NCBI GenBank assembly: GCA_963796685.1
Contig: CAWCMR010000008.1
Location: forward strand, 780,553-844,552
Length of the DNA stretch: 64,000 nucleotides
Direction of reading: 5' to 3'
Source of the DNA: an uncultured delta proteobacterium
GTDB lineage: Bacteria > Myxococcota_A > Polyangia > Fen-1088
The position numbers were made by a program, and so were the translations under genes. Shown here in pieces: positions 58,310 through 64,000 of this stretch (positions are counted from its first letter, which is position 1; every line of letters starts with the position of its first letter). The notes under the pieces are model-generated. The model did no database searches. It was not told the DNA's origin and worked only from the letters and a program-made list of their open reading frames with translations.

Positions 58310-59020
58310 ATGCCCGGCCTGCCCCCGCCCCACGCCCGTAAAGTCACCAAGGCCACGCGCAAGCCGGCGCGCCAAGCGTGGCCGCCCGACCCCAGGCGGG
58401 TCAGGGCGATTCTTCGCGAGCTCGATCGCCTATACCCCGACGCCGATTGCGCGCTGGTTCGTGGCAATCCGTTCCAGCTTCTTTGCGCCACCATCTTGTC
58501 CGCCCAGTGCACGGACGAGCGCGTGAACAGGGTTACGCCCGACTTGTTCGCGCGCTTTCCGACGTCCGCCGCCATGGCCAAGGCACCTCAGGCCACCCTT
58601 GAAGACATCATTCGATCCACCGGCTTCTTTCGCAACAAGGCCAAGAACCTGATCGGGGCCTCGCGGATGCTTGAAGAGAGATGGGGTGGAGCGATCCCGC
58701 AGTCGATGGACCGATTGCTCGAGCTTCCAGGCGTCGCGCGCAAGACCGCCAACGTGGTGCTCGGCTCCGCGTTCGGAATCGCCGCGGGCGTGGTGGTCGA
58801 CACCCATGTCACCCGCGTATCGCAAAGGCTGGGGCTCACGCGCGCGACCAACGCGGAGTCCATCGAGCGCGACCTCATGGAGATTCTGCCTCGCCCGCGC
58901 TGGATTCTCTTTTCCCACCAAATCATCTGGCACGGGCGGCGGCTCTGCCGGGCGCGCAATCCGGATTGCGACCTATGTCCCTTGGTTCCGCACTGCCCGA
59001 GCGCGTACCGAGAGACCTAG
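58310..59020 (+). CDS. nth: Endonuclease III
   Basis: LSAQCTD, HhH LPGVARKTA, VVDTHV, C-x6-C-x2-C-x5-C Fe-S motif. Confidence 0.95.
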   Translation: MPGLPPPHARKVTKATRKPARQAWPPDPRRVRAILRELDRLYPDADCALVRGNPFQLLCATILSAQCTDERVNRVTPDLFARFPTSAAMAKAPQATLEDIIRSTGFFRNKAKNLIGASRMLEERWGGAIPQSMDRLLELPGVARKTANVVLGSAFGIAAGVVVDTHVTRVSQRLGLTRATNAESIERDLMEILPRPRWILFSHQIIWHGRRLCRARNPDCDLCPLVPHCPSAYRET

Positions 59021-59032
59021 CACCCGCTCCGA

Positions 59033-61288
<2,256 letters not shown>

Positions 61289-61292
61289 TGCT

Positions 61293-61385
61293 CGGTCCTC
61301 CCTACGCCGGTATTGCCCGGATCAGGTTCAAGGGGTCGCGCCACATTGCAGCGCCTCTCAGCCACCACGGCTCCCCCACCCGCAA
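61293..61385 (-). ncRNA. TPP riboswitch
   Basis: Minus strand ggggagcc...ggCTGAGAgg...acccctTGAACCTGATCcgggcaataccggCGTAGGGA directly upstream of thiC and overlapping its SD. Confidence 0.93.
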
Positions 61386-61490
61386 TATTAGGGAGATGGG
61401 CGCCGATTGCAAACCTGTTGGTCCGCGGAGTGTGCTTGACAGAAGGCGAGGCCTCTACCTCCGAGGAAGCCAGGAGCCAGGAATGGGAGG

Positions 61491-62936
61491 TTACGGAGGA
61501 GGCGCACAGGTACCCACGCACAGCACGGGAGAGCTCTTGCGCCGTCCTTCAGCCGCCGCGGTGGCACGCACGCCCTTGGCTTTCTTGTCGCGCTTTTCCC
61601 GCTCCGCGGCCGAGCCGAAGACATTCCCGCTTTGCGGACACCAAGGCGCCTTGATGTGCTCGGGGCGATGCTGAAGCAAGGCCATCGTCTTGCCCGACGG
61701 ATGGGCGGCCAGCCCGCGCAAGGCGGTCATGGTGACCTCGTTGCGCATGGTGGGGTTCCAAAACAAGTAGCCATCGCTGCCGGCGCGCTCGGCCGCCAGG
61801 ACCTGCTCGGCGATGAAATCGGGTCCCCACATGTGCTCGACCCCGTTGGCGTAGCCTTGCAGATAGGGCCGGAGCACGATGTCCTTGGCCTTGTGCCGCC
61901 CACGCTGCAGGCCGCACTGGATGAGATCGATCACGTGCGGCGTGATATGGCCACCGCGGAAATAGGTGTCCATGCCGTTGGCGTACATCATGGGCGAAAT
62001 GGCCTCGATGAACTTGGCCATGCGCTCGATGTACTGCCCGAGGCCACGCGGATCGCCGTCGACCAGCGTGGTCAGGCCGAACACGTCGGCCGAAATCGGA
62101 AGGCTGAGGGCGCGATCGGCCCTTTCCAGGAAGCCGGCGATCACGTCGGCATGCGAGCCAGGCTTGTCGCCCGCGTGCAGCCAGGTGGCATGCGACGAGG
62201 GGTAGCCGCGGGGGAAGCGCATGTAGTCGAATTGGATTTCGTCGAAGCCGAACGACTGAAGCTCGAGGGCGATGTCGATGAGATAGTCCTGCACTTCCGG
62301 CGAATACGCATCGAGCCAGTTCTCGCCGACGGAGTACAAGCGTTCGGCATGGGCGCCGATGCGCACGGCGAGATCGGGACGCACATAGGGCAGCCGGCTA
62401 TCCTTGAATGAAACGATGCGAGCGATGACGTAGATGCCTTGCTGGTGGAAGGTCTTCACCATGGCCGCCGGATCCTTGATGAGAACATCCAACTGCTTCT
62501 GTCCCAGCGGAATCTTCGACGGATAGGTGAGGTGGCCGAAATCGTCCTTCATGTCGACGACCACGGCATCGAGGTTGCCCCGCTTCATCGCCGCAGCGGT
62601 GCGCGCGGGCCCGAGCGCGCGCAGGTACATCGGCGTGATGTAGAAACCGCGCGCATGGCGGCCCTGTTCGGTCATGGTGTCGGCCAGCCCGTGGTCGGGG
62701 TAACCATGCGCCGTGTACGGCACGAGGTCGGTCCCCAATCGTTTGATTACGCAGCCGGGAAGGGTGCTGCGCGCGTTGCAGGGAGAATAGGGAAACGTGA
62801 TGCGACTCTTTCCCTGCGCGGATCTGCTCGCGCCCACCGTTGACAACAGCAAGATCGCGGCGACCGCGATGAATCGAGAAAGAGCAAATCCGGAATTCCG
62901 AGAAGAACCGACGACAGCCGTGCCCATGAGGTACAT
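61491..62936 (-). CDS. Putative glycoside hydrolase (DUF4015-like)
   Basis: AVVVDMKDD, IYVIARIVSFKD, GFDEIQFDYMRFP, ISADVFG, SPMMY, RPYLQG. Confidence 0.82.
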   Translation of the reverse strand: MYLMGTAVVGSSRNSGFALSRFIAVAAILLLSTVGASRSAQGKSRITFPYSPCNARSTLPGCVIKRLGTDLVPYTAHGYPDHGLADTMTEQGRHARGFYITPMYLRALGPARTAAAMKRGNLDAVVVDMKDDFGHLTYPSKIPLGQKQLDVLIKDPAAMVKTFHQQGIYVIARIVSFKDSRLPYVRPDLAVRIGAHAERLYSVGENWLDAYSPEVQDYLIDIALELQSFGFDEIQFDYMRFPRGYPSSHATWLHAGDKPGSHADVIAGFLERADRALSLPISADVFGLTTLVDGDPRGLGQYIERMAKFIEAISPMMYANGMDTYFRGGHITPHVIDLIQCGLQRGRHKAKDIVLRPYLQGYANGVEHMWGPDFIAEQVLAAERAGSDGYLFWNPTMRNEVTMTALRGLAAHPSGKTMALLQHRPEHIKAPWCPQSGNVFGSAAEREKRDKKAKGVRATAAAEGRRKSSPVLCVGTCAPPP

Positions 62937-63263
62937 CCCATTCTCATCGCGAGCGACGTTCTCGTGAAGTTTCGCGATCTCTTTTACATATCCCTGAATG
63001 CGCGCGATTCCGCAACAGGAATATAGTAAGGCTCGGCACCTTTTTCGGCAACGAATTCTTACTTGACGGGTTCCGCCATGGGCGCCGGCGCGGCCACAAT
63101 CCGCGATAGTCCTAGAAGGCCGTGGCCGTGGCCGGTTGTGATTCCGTCCGCCACGACGGCGAAGACGCCTACGGCCACGGTAAGCCGTCTACGGCTGCGA
63201 CCACCCGTCAATCGCGCCTATCGGGCGGTGTCCTTCCGCGCTGTCGCCCTTCTCGGCGAGGAG

Positions 63264-63821
63264 TTAGGGCGCGGGCTTGTCTCCGGCCGCCTTCTCGGTC
63301 CGCTTCCTGGGCACGAAGGTCGAGCGCAGGCCCTTGATGATCTGATCCTTGGCGGAGTTCGGATCCCTCCGCATGTCCAGGTGCTTGATGCGATCCAGCG
63401 TACGTTCGAGAATGACCATGCGGCCGTGCTCGGCCTCGTCACAGGGTGCGGAGGAGCCATCCTCGCACAAGGTCAGTGCGCGCATGGCCTCGCCGTAGGC
63501 GTAGCCCGCCTCGAAGTGGTCGACGAAGGCAAGGCTGCGCGCGAGGTGAATGCGATGGTCGTCGGGATGGGCAGCCAACGCCGATTCCAGCGACGCCAAC
63601 GCCCACTCGGGGTGTCCGACGTCCATGAAAATGCCGGCCAGCTCGAGCGCCGTCTTGGGATCCGACGGCTTGGCCATCAGCTGGGCCTGCAGCTCGGCGA
63701 CGCGCTGCCTGGCTGGCGAGCTCTCCGACAAGGCGGGTTTGACCTTCACATCCGGGCGGGGCATGAGGATTGCCACCGCGAGAAGCACCAGAATGGCCAA
63801 ATCGAGAGCACGGGTTACCAC
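63264..63821 (-). CDS. Hypothetical TPR-like membrane-anchored protein
   Basis: N-terminal TM helix, helical repeats (PSDPKTALELA, HPDDHRIHLA). Confidence 0.65.
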   Translation of the reverse strand: MVTRALDLAILVLLAVAILMPRPDVKVKPALSESSPARQRVAELQAQLMAKPSDPKTALELAGIFMDVGHPEWALASLESALAAHPDDHRIHLARSLAFVDHFEAGYAYGEAMRALTLCEDGSSAPCDEAEHGRMVILERTLDRIKHLDMRRDPNSAKDQIIKGLRSTFVPRKRTEKAAGDKPAP

Positions 63822-64000
63822 GGTTCTCTACTCGTACCGCAAACCCGCCACAGGATCCAGCCGACCGAACAGGCGGTCCAGCGATAGCCGCGGAAGGTCG
63901 TGGCCTCCTGACCAACGCGCCAGTCCACAACTGCACCATTTCTCCCCGCACTGGGGTAAAAAACCCCAATCCTCGAAACCGGGTCTAGCCTAGGCTCCGG

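Overview
GC-rich bacterial chromosome segment, most consistent with Myxococcota/Polyangia (inferred from Cys-rich lipoproteins, an Oar-like TonB receptor, a Ser/Thr kinase and an FHA-GAF-cyclase). Most of it is core or housekeeping: glycosylation genes, DEAD-box helicase, wecE, endonuclease Q, tRNA-Pro, rdgB, rph, gltBD, pheA, fabI, a chorismate mutase-prephenate dehydratase-DAHP synthase fusion, leuA, an A-type Fe-S carrier, nth, and thiC with a TPP riboswitch. The main accessory block (about 41.3-51.75 kb) lies next to the 3' end of tRNA-Leu(CAG). It is a type I Wadjet (jetABCD) operon interrupted between jetA and jetB by a vapBC module bracketed by two diverged copies of the last ~160 bp of jetA, followed by a truncated-ATPase/TOPRIM fusion gene. 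A small basic AT-hook/Zn-finger protein sits at the far end. Other notable items are an actinobacterial GlnR-like regulator divergent from gltBD with 11-bp-periodic boxes between them, a CTAG-flanked MITE, several REP-like repeat families, and three single-base insertions (GH5, GlnR-like, thiC) that may be sequencing errors. No CRISPR array, rRNA, integrase or transposase was seen.
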